Shown here in pieces: positions 1 through 7,285 of a stretch of DNA of 12,722 nucleotides. The DNA is taken from the IMG/VR virus record IMGVR_UViG_2711768053_000016, positions 1 through 12,722 of that record; one strand, given 5' to 3'. Positions within the stretch are counted from its first letter, which is position 1, and every line of letters starts with the position of its first letter. The translations under genes and the position numbers were made by a program. This DNA comes from a virus. Its lineage: Duplodnaviria > Heunggongvirae > Uroviricota > Caudoviricetes. The notes beneath the pieces were generated by a model. It worked only from the letters and a program-made list of their open reading frames with translations, had not been told where the DNA came from and did not search any database.

Positions 1-933
1 TCAGCCCTTAAACACGTTATAGCCGAGTTGCTTAGCGACCGATGCCACCATTTTTTGACCGCGAACACTGTTGCCTTCTTCGTCCAGCGGTGGTGAGAAC
101 GCGGCAATTCCCATCACGCCAGGGACGACCGCCAGAATACCGCCACCTACACCGCTTTTGCCCGGTAAACCAACGCGATACGCCCAGTCACCGGAGCGAC
201 CATACAGCCCTTCCATCATCATTTCGGCCAGAATGTACGGCACGTTGTCGGCCTGAAGAACGCGTTCATGCGTCAGCGGATTCACACCCCCCGCCGCCAG
301 CGTCGCGCCAAGTGTTGCCAGTTCAACAGTATTGAGGAGCGTGGAGCACTGACGGGTGTACACGTCACAGGCTTCCATTGCATCACAATAGAGATATTCG
401 GCGGAGTACAGCAGCCAGGCAATGGCCCGGTTATGGAAGTTGGTTGTTTGTTCCGACTGGTTGACTTCGTCAGAGAGCGCTACCTGCTCACCAGCCAGTT
501 GCTGTTGGATATGTAAAATTCGCTGCCAGCGTTGTTCAACATTTTCAGCGTTAATCAGGCTGGTGGTGGCAATGGCGCCAGCATTTACCAGTGGCGAAAG
601 CGGTTTGCCGCCATGCAACTCTAAGGCGATAACTGAGTTAAAGGGCAATCCGGTCGGGTCAGCGCCAATTTTGTCCTGTACCGCCTGCGGGCCGACATCC
701 TCTAACGCAAGGGCTAACGTACAGACTTTCGAGATGGATTCCAGCGCAAAGCGGTAATCACTATCACCCGCGCGATAGATGTTGCCATCGCAGGTCACAA
801 TAGCCACTGCTGCCAGTTGACTAGGTACATTCGCCAGAAAGGGAATGTAGTCGGCATTTTGTCCGCCGTTAAGTGAGTGAAATTGGGTGTAAGCCTGATC
901 CACTGCCTGCTGTAATTTGTTTGCATCTAACAT
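1..933 (-). CDS. glsA: Glutaminase (serine-dependent, beta-lactamase-like fold), complete; stop codon at window bases 1-3
   Basis: 310-aa ORF; I recognise the protein as E. coli YbaS/GlsA1-like glutaminase from memory, including the S-x-x-K nucleophile motif (ESISKVC) and the C-terminal GLPGKSGVGGGI segment. GC-rich host-like composition. Confidence 0.9.
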   Translation of the reverse strand: MLDANKLQQAVDQAYTQFHSLNGGQNADYIPFLANVPSQLAAVAIVTCDGNIYRAGDSDYRFALESISKVCTLALALEDVGPQAVQDKIGADPTGLPFNSVIALELHGGKPLSPLVNAGAIATTSLINAENVEQRWQRILHIQQQLAGEQVALSDEVNQSEQTTNFHNRAIAWLLYSAEYLYCDAMEACDVYTRQCSTLLNTVELATLGATLAAGGVNPLTHERVLQADNVPYILAEMMMEGLYGRSGDWAYRVGLPGKSGVGGGILAVVPGVMGIAAFSPPLDEEGNSVRGQKMVASVAKQLGYNVFKG

Positions 934-1156
934 CTTTTGTTAACTCCTTTTTATAGATGCGGGAGGTAATTCCTCACCCCGGTGCCGATTTTCAGGCATC
1001 TTGATTTAACTTAGCACCCGCAACTTAACTTCAGGAAAACAAAGAGATAAATGTCTAATCCTGATGCAAATTGAGCCAATTTTTTAATCTTTACGGACTT
1101 TTACTCGCCTGGTTTATTAATTTCTTGACCTTCCCCTTGCTGGGAGGATCTCAATA

Positions 1157-1182
1157 GGCGCAGTACCGTAACATACTGCGCC
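1157..1182. other. Perfect 9-bp inverted repeat (GGCGCAGTA-n8-TACTGCGCC) just downstream of the integrase stop
   Basis: Seen directly in sequence. Lies in the glsA-int intergenic region where attL and/or the int terminator are expected; no U-tract follows on either strand, so function is uncertain. Confidence 0.4.
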
Positions 1183-1201
1183 AATTCAACATTTTACAGA
1201 C

Positions 1202-2224
1202 TTAACTACCCTCTAAAATCCCCACTTTGCCTCCAAAGTGTGGACACAATGTGGACATTCCTACAAGAGGATTATAATTCACTGCATCCAATAAATAATC
1301 AGGTGCAAAATGAGCATATGTCATTGTTTGTGAAATATCTGCGTGACCAAGAATTCTTTGTAACGCAATTATATTCCCGCCCTTCATCATAAAATGAGTA
1401 GCAAACGTATGACGCAATGCATGAGCTGCCTGACCATCAGGTAAATTAGGTTTTGCCTCTTTCATTTTTAAACGAAAAGTTTTGTAACTCACACGAAAAA
1501 GTCGACCAGATTCTCGATGCCTTACAATATTTACAACCTCCTCTGAAATGGGAACAACTCGCCGGTCGCCATTTTTTGTAAGCGTAAATATCACCCTATT
1601 ACCCACAATATTTTCCGCTTTGAGCTGATAAGCCTCACCCCACCTCGCACCAGTTGCAAGCAAGAGAACAGCAATCCGGAAATAATCACCAGTGCATAAG
1701 GATAATAACCGCTTAACCTCAGACTCGGTAAAGTAAGACATCTCAGTTTTTGGCTCTTTTAAAGCAGATATTGCCTCTACAGGATTATCCCCATGAAACT
1801 CATCGATCTCAGCCATCGCCTTAAACATACCGCTCAGAGCAAAAAGATCATGGTTAATCGTTGAAGCCTTTATACCTTGCCCCAATCTATATGCCCGGTA
1901 TTCGATAAGGCATCGACCATCAATCTGATAAATCATGGGATCCCCCATATCCTGGCAAATACAGCTTAACGCACTAAGCCTACGATTAGCGTAGTTCTTA
2001 TTACGTCCAATGAGCTGCCACCACAAAGCGATAAACTCACTCAGTCGCCGCTTGTCTGCAGGACGACTCAGGTAGTCATGGTTCTGATACTTTGCAATGA
2101 TGCTTCGTTCAAAAGCATGCGCCTCCGCTTTTCTCTCAAACTTCCGCCGGATACGCTTTCCGTCGCGCCCGCGCGGCCTTACATCCACTTCATAGCGACC
2201 ATCTTCGAGCTTCTTAACAGACAC
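1202..2224 (-). CDS. int: P2-type tyrosine integrase (site-specific recombinase)
   Basis: Recognisable similarity to P2 Int N-terminus (KKLEDGRYEVDVRPRGRDGKRIRRKF) and tyrosine-recombinase catalytic signature (GARWGEA ... HALRHTFATH ... LGHADISQTMTYAHF). Maximal ORF begins at ATG 2254; I prefer the GTG at 2224 because GGAGGG lies 7 nt upstream and the product then aligns with the P2 Int start. Confidence 0.9.
   Translation of the reverse strand: MSVKKLEDGRYEVDVRPRGRDGKRIRRKFERKAEAHAFERSIIAKYQNHDYLSRPADKRRLSEFIALWWQLIGRNKNYANRRLSALSCICQDMGDPMIYQIDGRCLIEYRAYRLGQGIKASTINHDLFALSGMFKAMAEIDEFHGDNPVEAISALKEPKTEMSYFTESEVKRLLSLCTGDYFRIAVLLLATGARWGEAYQLKAENIVGNRVIFTLTKNGDRRVVPISEEVVNIVRHRESGRLFRVSYKTFRLKMKEAKPNLPDGQAAHALRHTFATHFMMKGGNIIALQRILGHADISQTMTYAHFAPDYLLDAVNYNPLVGMSTLCPHFGGKVGILEGS
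1239..1257. repeat. Tandem direct repeat TGTGGACA-caa-TGTGGACA (11-bp spacing) inside the 3-prime end of int; candidate arm-type Int binding sites
   Basis: Repeat seen directly in sequence. Its role as arm sites is inference from P2-like attP architecture, where Int arm sites lie next to the int 3-prime end. Confidence 0.35.
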
Positions 2225-2293
2225 AAGAAGTCCCTCCAACAGTCTGTTCACCATCCTGAAAACAAATGGTGAAAATGTAATGTTTATAAAGCG

Positions 2294-2593
2294 TTAACCA
2301 ATCTGTTTCCCGGAGGGGCCAGATTGTGTTGTCTCTGGCCCAGTGTGTGCAAGAGCCGGGGCGATCTGACCTCGGCTAGGGTCTATACGGTCATACATGA
2401 ACCAATCTTGATACTTATGGAAACGGGGATGACCAAAGAGTTTGATCGCAGCCTCCAATGACATTTTCGCCTTGCCTAGCTCATAACCGTTGTACGTACC
2501 ATAATTTACACCAATCAAATCAGCAACTTGCTTAGATTTAAGGCGTTCTGAATCTCGGATTAACTGTAGTTTTTCATGTTGTGGTATTGACAT
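2294..2593 (-). CDS. P2 C-type immunity repressor (99 aa)
   Basis: Same length as P2 C and recognisable similarity (ADLIGVNYGTY..YELG, GQIAPALAH). Located between int and the divergent early operon as in P2. Confidence 0.8.
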   Translation of the reverse strand: MSIPQHEKLQLIRDSERLKSKQVADLIGVNYGTYNGYELGKAKMSLEAAIKLFGHPRFHKYQDWFMYDRIDPSRGQIAPALAHTGPETTQSGPSGKQIG

Positions 2594-2717
2594 AATATGT
2601 CAGATCTCTCATTGTATGCATCAATTGACACTCGCAAGCGGCGTTGACCGCTCATAACACCAAGGGCTTGCTTAGCTAAACATGCCTCAACAAGCCTCAA
2701 GCAGTGGAGTTTATCAA
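2594..2717. promoter_or_regulatory. Lysis/lysogeny switch region between C and the cox-like gene (expected Pc/Pe promoters and C operators)
   Basis: Position by analogy with P2/186. Contains TTGACA (2625-2630), a second TTGAC 19 bp downstream, and on the minus strand a TACAAT about 18 nt upstream of the C start. Exact promoter and operator assignments are not resolved. Confidence 0.5.
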
Positions 2718-3179
2718 ATGAAAGAAATGCGAGAAAACGAATTAAATATGGAAACTCATTTTTTACGTCAGTTCCCGCTAGACAACGGACGAGCTCTGCG
2801 TACCTGCAAAATGACAGAAACACAAGCTGCGCGTATCAGAGACATCAGCCTAGAAGAGCTACAAAAACAAATCTTCGCCACTCCGGAAGAGTTTGCTTAT
2901 CTAACTGGTCGCACCCTCAAATCGGTGCGCAACCTGATGGATCGTGCGCAGGTGCCAGTTCATAGAGAAGGCATGCCCGGGTCAAAGCGCCCTAAACGCT
3001 TCATCATGTTGCAAGAATACTGGAAAGCTGTTGCTCATTGCCGCGCTCTCATCACTCCAGAAGAAAAACACTACATTGATCGTCTGATGCGTGACAAGAA
3101 GACTTATCGCCGCACAACCGGTAAAGAGCATCGAGTTCTAAAACGCAATAGCATCAGTGCACTGCAGGCAGGACTATAA
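2718..3179 (+). CDS. Cox-like DNA-binding regulator/excisionase with a C-terminal extension (153 aa)
   Basis: First gene of the rightward operon. GGAG lies 8 nt upstream of ATG 2718 (the track ORF starts at ATG 2682). The pattern FAYLTGRT..VRNLMD..PV..EYW resembles P2 Cox (FAKLIGKS..VRRMID..PV..EYW), but the protein is longer than P2 Cox. Confidence 0.55.
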   Translation: MKEMRENELNMETHFLRQFPLDNGRALRTCKMTETQAARIRDISLEELQKQIFATPEEFAYLTGRTLKSVRNLMDRAQVPVHREGMPGSKRPKRFIMLQEYWKAVAHCRALITPEEKHYIDRLMRDKKTYRRTTGKEHRVLKRNSISALQAGL

Positions 3180-3181
3180 AC

Positions 3182-3595
3182 ATGAATACTGATAGCACAG
3201 CTAAAGCGCTACTGGAACGACTGGAAACCCTGAAAAACGAAAAACCACACCAGAAGCTTTTGCTGGTTTTTCCGGGCAAACCACAGGTTGAAATCAGCAT
3301 TGACTACCACGAATTACACAGAACGTTCGCTGACCTGATGGCATTTAAATCAAAGCTTCAGAATGGCGAAGATTTGAAAAATGTCACCCTACGTCCCGAC
3401 GATGAATACGGTCATTTTTGTCGAGATGACGTCAAAGAGACGATTGGAATGATTTTAGAACCAATATACGGCGTTGCGCTCCGTTTTCCCGCCAAAGAAG
3501 TCTTTGAGCTTTATCGACAAATTTTAAGCAGTGACAACATGGTTATTGAGGTCGGAAATGTGCCAGAGAAAATCTCCGGCACGGGAGTTAAATAA
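3182..3595 (+). CDS. Hypothetical protein (137 aa), early operon
   Basis: ORF begins 2 nt after the cox-like stop on the same strand. No recognisable motif. Confidence 0.6.
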   Translation: MNTDSTAKALLERLETLKNEKPHQKLLLVFPGKPQVEISIDYHELHRTFADLMAFKSKLQNGEDLKNVTLRPDDEYGHFCRDDVKETIGMILEPIYGVALRFPAKEVFELYRQILSSDNMVIEVGNVPEKISGTGVK

Positions 3596-3778
3596 TCACT
3601 CAGGGAAAGTCCATGTACTTGCCTGAGGATATTTTTCCAACGTGAGCTTACGCACTTCGTGCATAAGCTTACGAATGGTATTTGATGGCTCTCCTTTATT
3701 CGGAGGATTAACCGGCGCTTTCTCTAATACATAAATTGCCGCATTTAGCGCATCAATAACCTTTTTATCATAGGACAT
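3596..3778 (-). CDS. Hypothetical small protein (60 aa), oriented against the early operon
   Basis: ORF with AAGGA 7 nt upstream of its ATG on the minus strand. Its stop abuts the stop of the 3182..3595 gene (convergent, no spacer). No recognisable motif. Confidence 0.45.
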   Translation of the reverse strand: MSYDKKVIDALNAAIYVLEKAPVNPPNKGEPSNTIRKLMHEVRKLTLEKYPQASTWTFPE

Positions 3779-4281
3779 ATTTTATTCCTTTGTGGTTGGT
3801 TGAACACGCGCCCTTTACAGCCCCTTCAAGACTGCGGGCGGTGGAAAAATACCACAAAACCATGCGCCGGGCATGGCTAAAACCCGGCACAAATTCGCAA
3901 CAGCAGCAGGATATTTTTGTATGAAGCAACGACGTAATTCTTCACAGCAACGCTTCCGCAACGGGGCGGAACGCCACGCTAACCGTTTCGCTACCAGTGC
4001 ATCACGCAGCAGCTCTCGCTACAGCCTGAGTGATACACACGCAACGCCGGATGGCTACCCAGTAAAACAAATCGGCGAGCATGCCTAGCTGATTGAGAAA
4101 GCTGGAATCGTGGTCCACAAATGCCCACGCAATCCGCTTACCGGAAACCGCATTTTTGCATTGAGCTGCGGCGACAATCAGTTCGGGCAGGATTTCACAT
4201 TATACGAAGCACTTCGCACGGTTGATCGTCTGCTTCGCGGACAAAGTTTTATTAAACAGGTTGATTTATAACAGGTGATTT

Positions 4282-4560
4282 ATGACCAAAGAGTATGCAC
4301 AAGGTGTATTTATCCGTTTTATTGATTTTCGCGGTGAACTGTTATTACGCGCATCAGCCATTGACGGAGTTGTTCCATCCGAAAAAAACGCAGCTACTTA
4401 CGTTTATCTGAACGGTACGCGCCTGACTGTGGAGCTTCCGTACCAGACCGTACGAGAAATCATTAGCGAAGCTGAAAAGGCACGTCAGATTAATAGCGAT
4501 GAACCATACATCGAAATTATCTGCATGGATTCAAAAGCAGAAATCCAGAAGGCAGATTAA
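4282..4560 (+). CDS. Hypothetical protein (92 aa)
   Basis: ORF with AGGTGA immediately upstream; first gene after a roughly 500-bp non-coding gap. Confidence 0.6.
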   Translation: MTKEYAQGVFIRFIDFRGELLLRASAIDGVVPSEKNAATYVYLNGTRLTVELPYQTVREIISEAEKARQINSDEPYIEIICMDSKAEIQKAD

Positions 4561-4571
4561 AGGACGTTGCA

Positions 4572-4814
4572 ATGGACCAGGAATACAAAACTCTCGTCAA
4601 TAAAGCACTTGAGCGCTTTCATTTTCGCTTAAACACGTCAGGCCCCCACGCTGAACACGCAGCCCATGATTCATTAGCGAGGGCTATCAGAAGTCTTTAT
4701 GACGTAGCTTTTTACGCTGACGATTTGGATGCGATTAACGAGCTTTCCGAACTCGTCTGCGCCGCAGAATGCGGAGAACGCATTGAACCGTATAAGCTGG
4801 GGGATATCGCATGA
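4572..4814 (+). CDS. Hypothetical protein (80 aa)
   Basis: ORF with AAGGA 8 nt upstream, 11 nt after the preceding stop. Confidence 0.6.
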   Translation: MDQEYKTLVNKALERFHFRLNTSGPHAEHAAHDSLARAIRSLYDVAFYADDLDAINELSELVCAAECGERIEPYKLGDIA

Positions 4815-4924
4815 GTATATTTATCTCATGGCTTGTTCTGATTATTTCGGTGGTCTGCGCCATTGGGATTATGCGAATTATTCATTCAGTAAAAAAGATT
4901 GAACGTTTTTTCTCTGATGAATAA
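4811..4924 (+). CDS. Small hydrophobic peptide (37 aa, MSIFISWLVLIISVVCAIGIMRIIHSVKKIERFFSDE), predicted single TM helix with basic C-terminus
   Basis: Not in the supplied ORF track (too short). ATG overlaps the upstream stop (ATGA) and GGGGGA lies 7 nt upstream. Hydrophobic run of about 20 residues. Confidence 0.4.
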   Translation: MSIFISWLVLIISVVCAIGIMRIIHSVKKIERFFSDE

Positions 4925-5017
4925 CGATACAAATAAAACATCAAATTAAATAAGAAAACGTGAAAACCATCCGTATTAACGGAGGTATTCGCACACGCAA
5001 ATAACGGAGATATAAAA

Positions 5018-5428
5018 ATGCACGCAAAAGAAGAAGGTATCATCAGTGCACTGAAAGAAATTTCAAAGATGGAAAGCGAAGTAGCGAAAAAAGCCGTAGC
5101 AAATGATCATATAGACATCGCTACCCACGCAATGATAGTCACAAAAGTCACGGCAGAAGCCGCCAAAATCATCGAAGAACAGGGTGCGGAACTTACGCTT
5201 TTCAAAACTCAACCAGTCACCGGACTGGATTTATCTAACACCGGACGTCTTATTTACACAATTGGCTCGGAGCTACAGCGATACACCATTATCGCCGGAT
5301 TACAGGACAAATACCTGATCACTCCTCACCCCATAAGAGAATCAGAAATTCTGACAAATCTCCGCCTGATAGAGCGCTCTCAAGTTGCATTCATTGATGA
5401 CGCACAGCACACCGTATTTAACGCATAG
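5018..5428 (+). CDS. Hypothetical protein (136 aa)
   Basis: ORF with GGAG 8 nt upstream, after an AT-rich spacer. Confidence 0.6.
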   Translation: MHAKEEGIISALKEISKMESEVAKKAVANDHIDIATHAMIVTKVTAEAAKIIEEQGAELTLFKTQPVTGLDLSNTGRLIYTIGSELQRYTIIAGLQDKYLITPHPIRESEILTNLRLIERSQVAFIDDAQHTVFNA

Positions 5429-5451
5429 GGTTATTGGACAAAGGGGGCGCA

Positions 5452-5655
5452 ATGGCAATTAAGCATTTTCCCGTCGTTCGCTTTACCTCCAGAGGGCGCG
5501 AATACGAGGTCGACGAACGCCTGATTACAACTATCGACAAACATCGTTCGGAAAAGGATGCACACCACATCTACCTCACTGACGGCACTTACTTCTGCGC
5601 CACTAATGTGGTGCGGGTGAACCTTATCCGACAGGTACAAGAGTCACGCAGATGA
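5452..5655 (+). CDS. Hypothetical protein (67 aa)
   Basis: Track ORF begins at TTG 5434; I prefer ATG 5452, which has GGGGG 5 nt upstream. Stop overlaps the next start (ATGA). Confidence 0.5.
   Translation: MAIKHFPVVRFTSRGREYEVDERLITTIDKHRSEKDAHHIYLTDGTYFCATNVVRVNLIRQVQESRR
5617..5655. repeat. 39-bp direct repeat, copy 1 (GTGAACCTTATCCGACAGGTACAAGAGTCACGCAGATGA)
   Basis: 33 of 39 positions identical to copy 2 at 5999-6037. Both copies encode a C-terminal ..RQVQES.. tail and end in an ATGA stop/start overlap. Confidence 0.7.
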
Positions 5656-5918
5656 CCATTCTGGACTATATCGCTACTCATCCGGGTTGTAGCGGCGGAG
5701 AAATCGCCGCAGCACTGAATACTCCAACCACAGCCATTAATGCTGAGTTACGCCGACTTTGGCGCAGCGGCTTAGTCATCAGAACAAACCGCAGCACAGG
5801 TGGTCACGCTCGCAAAACAGGAGGCCGGGCTTCTTACCACGTAAACCCGATGCCGTTCGGGTGTGGCAACCCACTAACCCACATGTTTAACCAGCTACTG
5901 AAGGAAGCCAGAGCATGA
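5652..5918 (+). CDS. Putative winged-helix DNA-binding protein (88 aa)
   Basis: N-terminal pattern LDYIATHPGCSGGEIAAAL....AELRRLWRSGLVIR is typical of small wHTH regulators. Start and stop both overlap neighbouring genes. Confidence 0.5.
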   Translation: MTILDYIATHPGCSGGEIAAALNTPTTAINAELRRLWRSGLVIRTNRSTGGHARKTGGRASYHVNPMPFGCGNPLTHMFNQLLKEARA

Positions 5919-6037
5919 GCACCATCAACCACCAGGAACCACGCGAACTGACGACTGCCGTACAAAGAATGTCTACCCAAAAATCACTGCCATTCCGTGT
6001 GAGCCCTGTCCGACAGGTACAGGAGTCACACGGATGA
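5915..6037 (+). CDS. Small ORF (40 aa), possible remnant or duplicated gene tail
   Basis: Not in the ORF track. Its last 12 codons are copy 2 of the 39-bp repeat; translationally coupled on both sides. Could be non-functional. Confidence 0.3.
   Translation: MSTINHQEPRELTTAVQRMSTQKSLPFRVSPVRQVQESHG
5999..6037. repeat. 39-bp direct repeat, copy 2 (GTGAGCCCTGTCCGACAGGTACAGGAGTCACACGGATGA)
   Basis: See copy 1; spacing between copies is 382 bp. Confidence 0.7.
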
Positions 6038-6252
6038 ACAGAAGGAGAATTACACGCAGACATCGCCGCACACGCCTGAGCTCCCCGCCAACACTAAAGG
6101 AACTCATTCAAAGCGAGATCGGTGATTTCTTCGCTGGGTTTGGATCACCTGGCGAACCAGAAACACCAGAAGCGATGCAGCGCGAACTCATGATGCGCAT
6201 CGATAACGTTTTTGACTTTTTCCTGAATAACAAAAGAGAGCAACCGACATGA
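6034..6252 (+). CDS. Hypothetical protein (72 aa) with arginine-rich N-terminus (MNRRRITRRHRRTR) and acidic C-terminal half
   Basis: ORF translationally coupled upstream and downstream. The Arg-rich motif suggests nucleic-acid binding; this is inference only. Confidence 0.55.
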   Translation: MNRRRITRRHRRTRLSSPPTLKELIQSEIGDFFAGFGSPGEPETPEAMQRELMMRIDNVFDFFLNNKREQPT

Positions 6253-6452
6253 ACGAAAGGACCTGGTTTCGCGCATACATGTGGGCGCTGGTATGCGCCC
6301 TCTTTTCTCTCATTCTGTATGCAGGACTACTCCCCCGAATGATTTCATCAGACAGCTCCTTCCTGGTATTGCTGGGCATTTTCATTGCCATGCTGTACCC
6401 GGCAGGCGTTGTTCGCCTTTTCAGTAAGTACATCAAGGAAATCAAACAATGA
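6249..6452 (+). CDS. Small integral membrane protein (67 aa, two predicted TM helices)
   Basis: Two hydrophobic segments (WALVCALFSLILYAGLL and FLVLLGIFIAMLYPAGVV). Stop overlaps the start of the SPFH gene (ATGA). Confidence 0.6.
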   Translation: MNERTWFRAYMWALVCALFSLILYAGLLPRMISSDSSFLVLLGIFIAMLYPAGVVRLFSKYIKEIKQ

Positions 6453-7279
6453 AGAAATTCAAACTCTTTCAGATTCTCCCGCTTTTTGCCGCCATCCTGC
6501 TGGTTGGTTGCGATCGCGTTGAGCCAGGTAATGTGGGCATCAAAGTCAACAAACTGGGCGACGACAAAGGCGTCGGCGAAGTAGTTGGCGTTGGCCGCTA
6601 CTGGACAGGCTGGAATACAGAGGTTTACATCTTCCCGACCTTCAAACAAATGAAGACCTACGATGAGCCGTTCAGCTTTCAGATGAGTGACGGCACAACC
6701 ATCGGCTATCACATCGGTGTGGCCTACAAGGTTGATCCATCCAAAGTTACCACAGTGTTTCAGACCTACCGCAAAGGCGTGGATGACATTACCGACACTG
6801 ACCTGCGCCAGAAGATCGCCGATGCACTCAACCGACTGGCCAGCAAAATGACCACCGATAAGTTTATCGACGGTGGTAAGTCTGAACTGCTGGATTCAGC
6901 ACTTAAAGATATTCAGGAAGAGATGACCCCCATCGGCATTCAGGTCATGAGCCTCTCTTATGTCGGTAAACCGGAATATCCGCCAACCGTTATCGACAGC
7001 ATTAACGCCAAAGTCACGGCAAACCAGAAAACCCTGCAACGCGAACAGGAAGTCAAGCAACGCGAAGCAGAAGCCAACATGCTGCGCGCAGAAGCTGCCG
7101 GACAGGCTGATGCCATTCGCACAAAAGCCCAGGCTGAAGCCGACGCCATTCGTTTACGCGGTGAAGCTCTGCGCCAGAATCCCGGCGTTATGGAGCTGGA
7201 AGCAATCAACAAATGGAACGGCACGCTACCGCAATACATGACCAGCAATACCGCTGTTCCGTTTGTTCCGGTGAAGTAA
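6449..7279 (+). CDS. SPFH/band-7 (stomatin/prohibitin/HflKC-like) lipoprotein (276 aa)
   Basis: N-terminal signal peptide with lipobox LLVGC. SPFH-like entry motif (VEPGNVGIKVNKLG), followed by an Ala/Glu/Arg/Gln-rich coiled-coil segment (EAEANMLRAEAAGQADAIRTKAQAEADAIRLRGEA) typical of HflK/HflC-type proteins. Family assignment from memory of the domain signature, not a search. Confidence 0.75.
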   Translation: MKKFKLFQILPLFAAILLVGCDRVEPGNVGIKVNKLGDDKGVGEVVGVGRYWTGWNTEVYIFPTFKQMKTYDEPFSFQMSDGTTIGYHIGVAYKVDPSKVTTVFQTYRKGVDDITDTDLRQKIADALNRLASKMTTDKFIDGGKSELLDSALKDIQEEMTPIGIQVMSLSYVGKPEYPPTVIDSINAKVTANQKTLQREQEVKQREAEANMLRAEAAGQADAIRTKAQAEADAIRLRGEALRQNPGVMELEAINKWNGTLPQYMTSNTAVPFVPVK

Positions 7280-7285
7280 TTAAAC

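Noticed and set aside
42-757. Plus-strand ORFs overlapping glsA (42..335, 71..256, 268..516, 422..757)
   Set aside because: Antisense to a well-supported complete glutaminase gene; compositionally implausible products.
934-1201. Possible tRNA/tmRNA integration target or CRISPR array near the integrase
   Set aside because: No tRNA-like T-arm or acceptor features and no regularly spaced repeats anywhere in the window; the element appears to sit in an intergenic site beside glsA.
2560-2823. 87-aa minus-strand ORF spanning the C start, the switch region and the cox-like start
   Set aside because: Overlaps two better-supported genes and the switch region; a product of this frame is unlikely.
3873-4088. 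71-aa Arg/Ser-rich ORF in the 3779-4281 gap
   Set aside because: Low-complexity basic composition and no ribosome-binding site. An amber-interrupted continuation in the same frame suggests at most a decayed remnant, so I report the interval as non-coding or uncertain.
6188-7248. ORFs antisense or out of frame within the membrane/SPFH pair (6188..6712 minus, 6958..7248 minus, 6960..7241 plus)
   Set aside because: Overlap the well-supported SPFH lipoprotein gene and lack start context.
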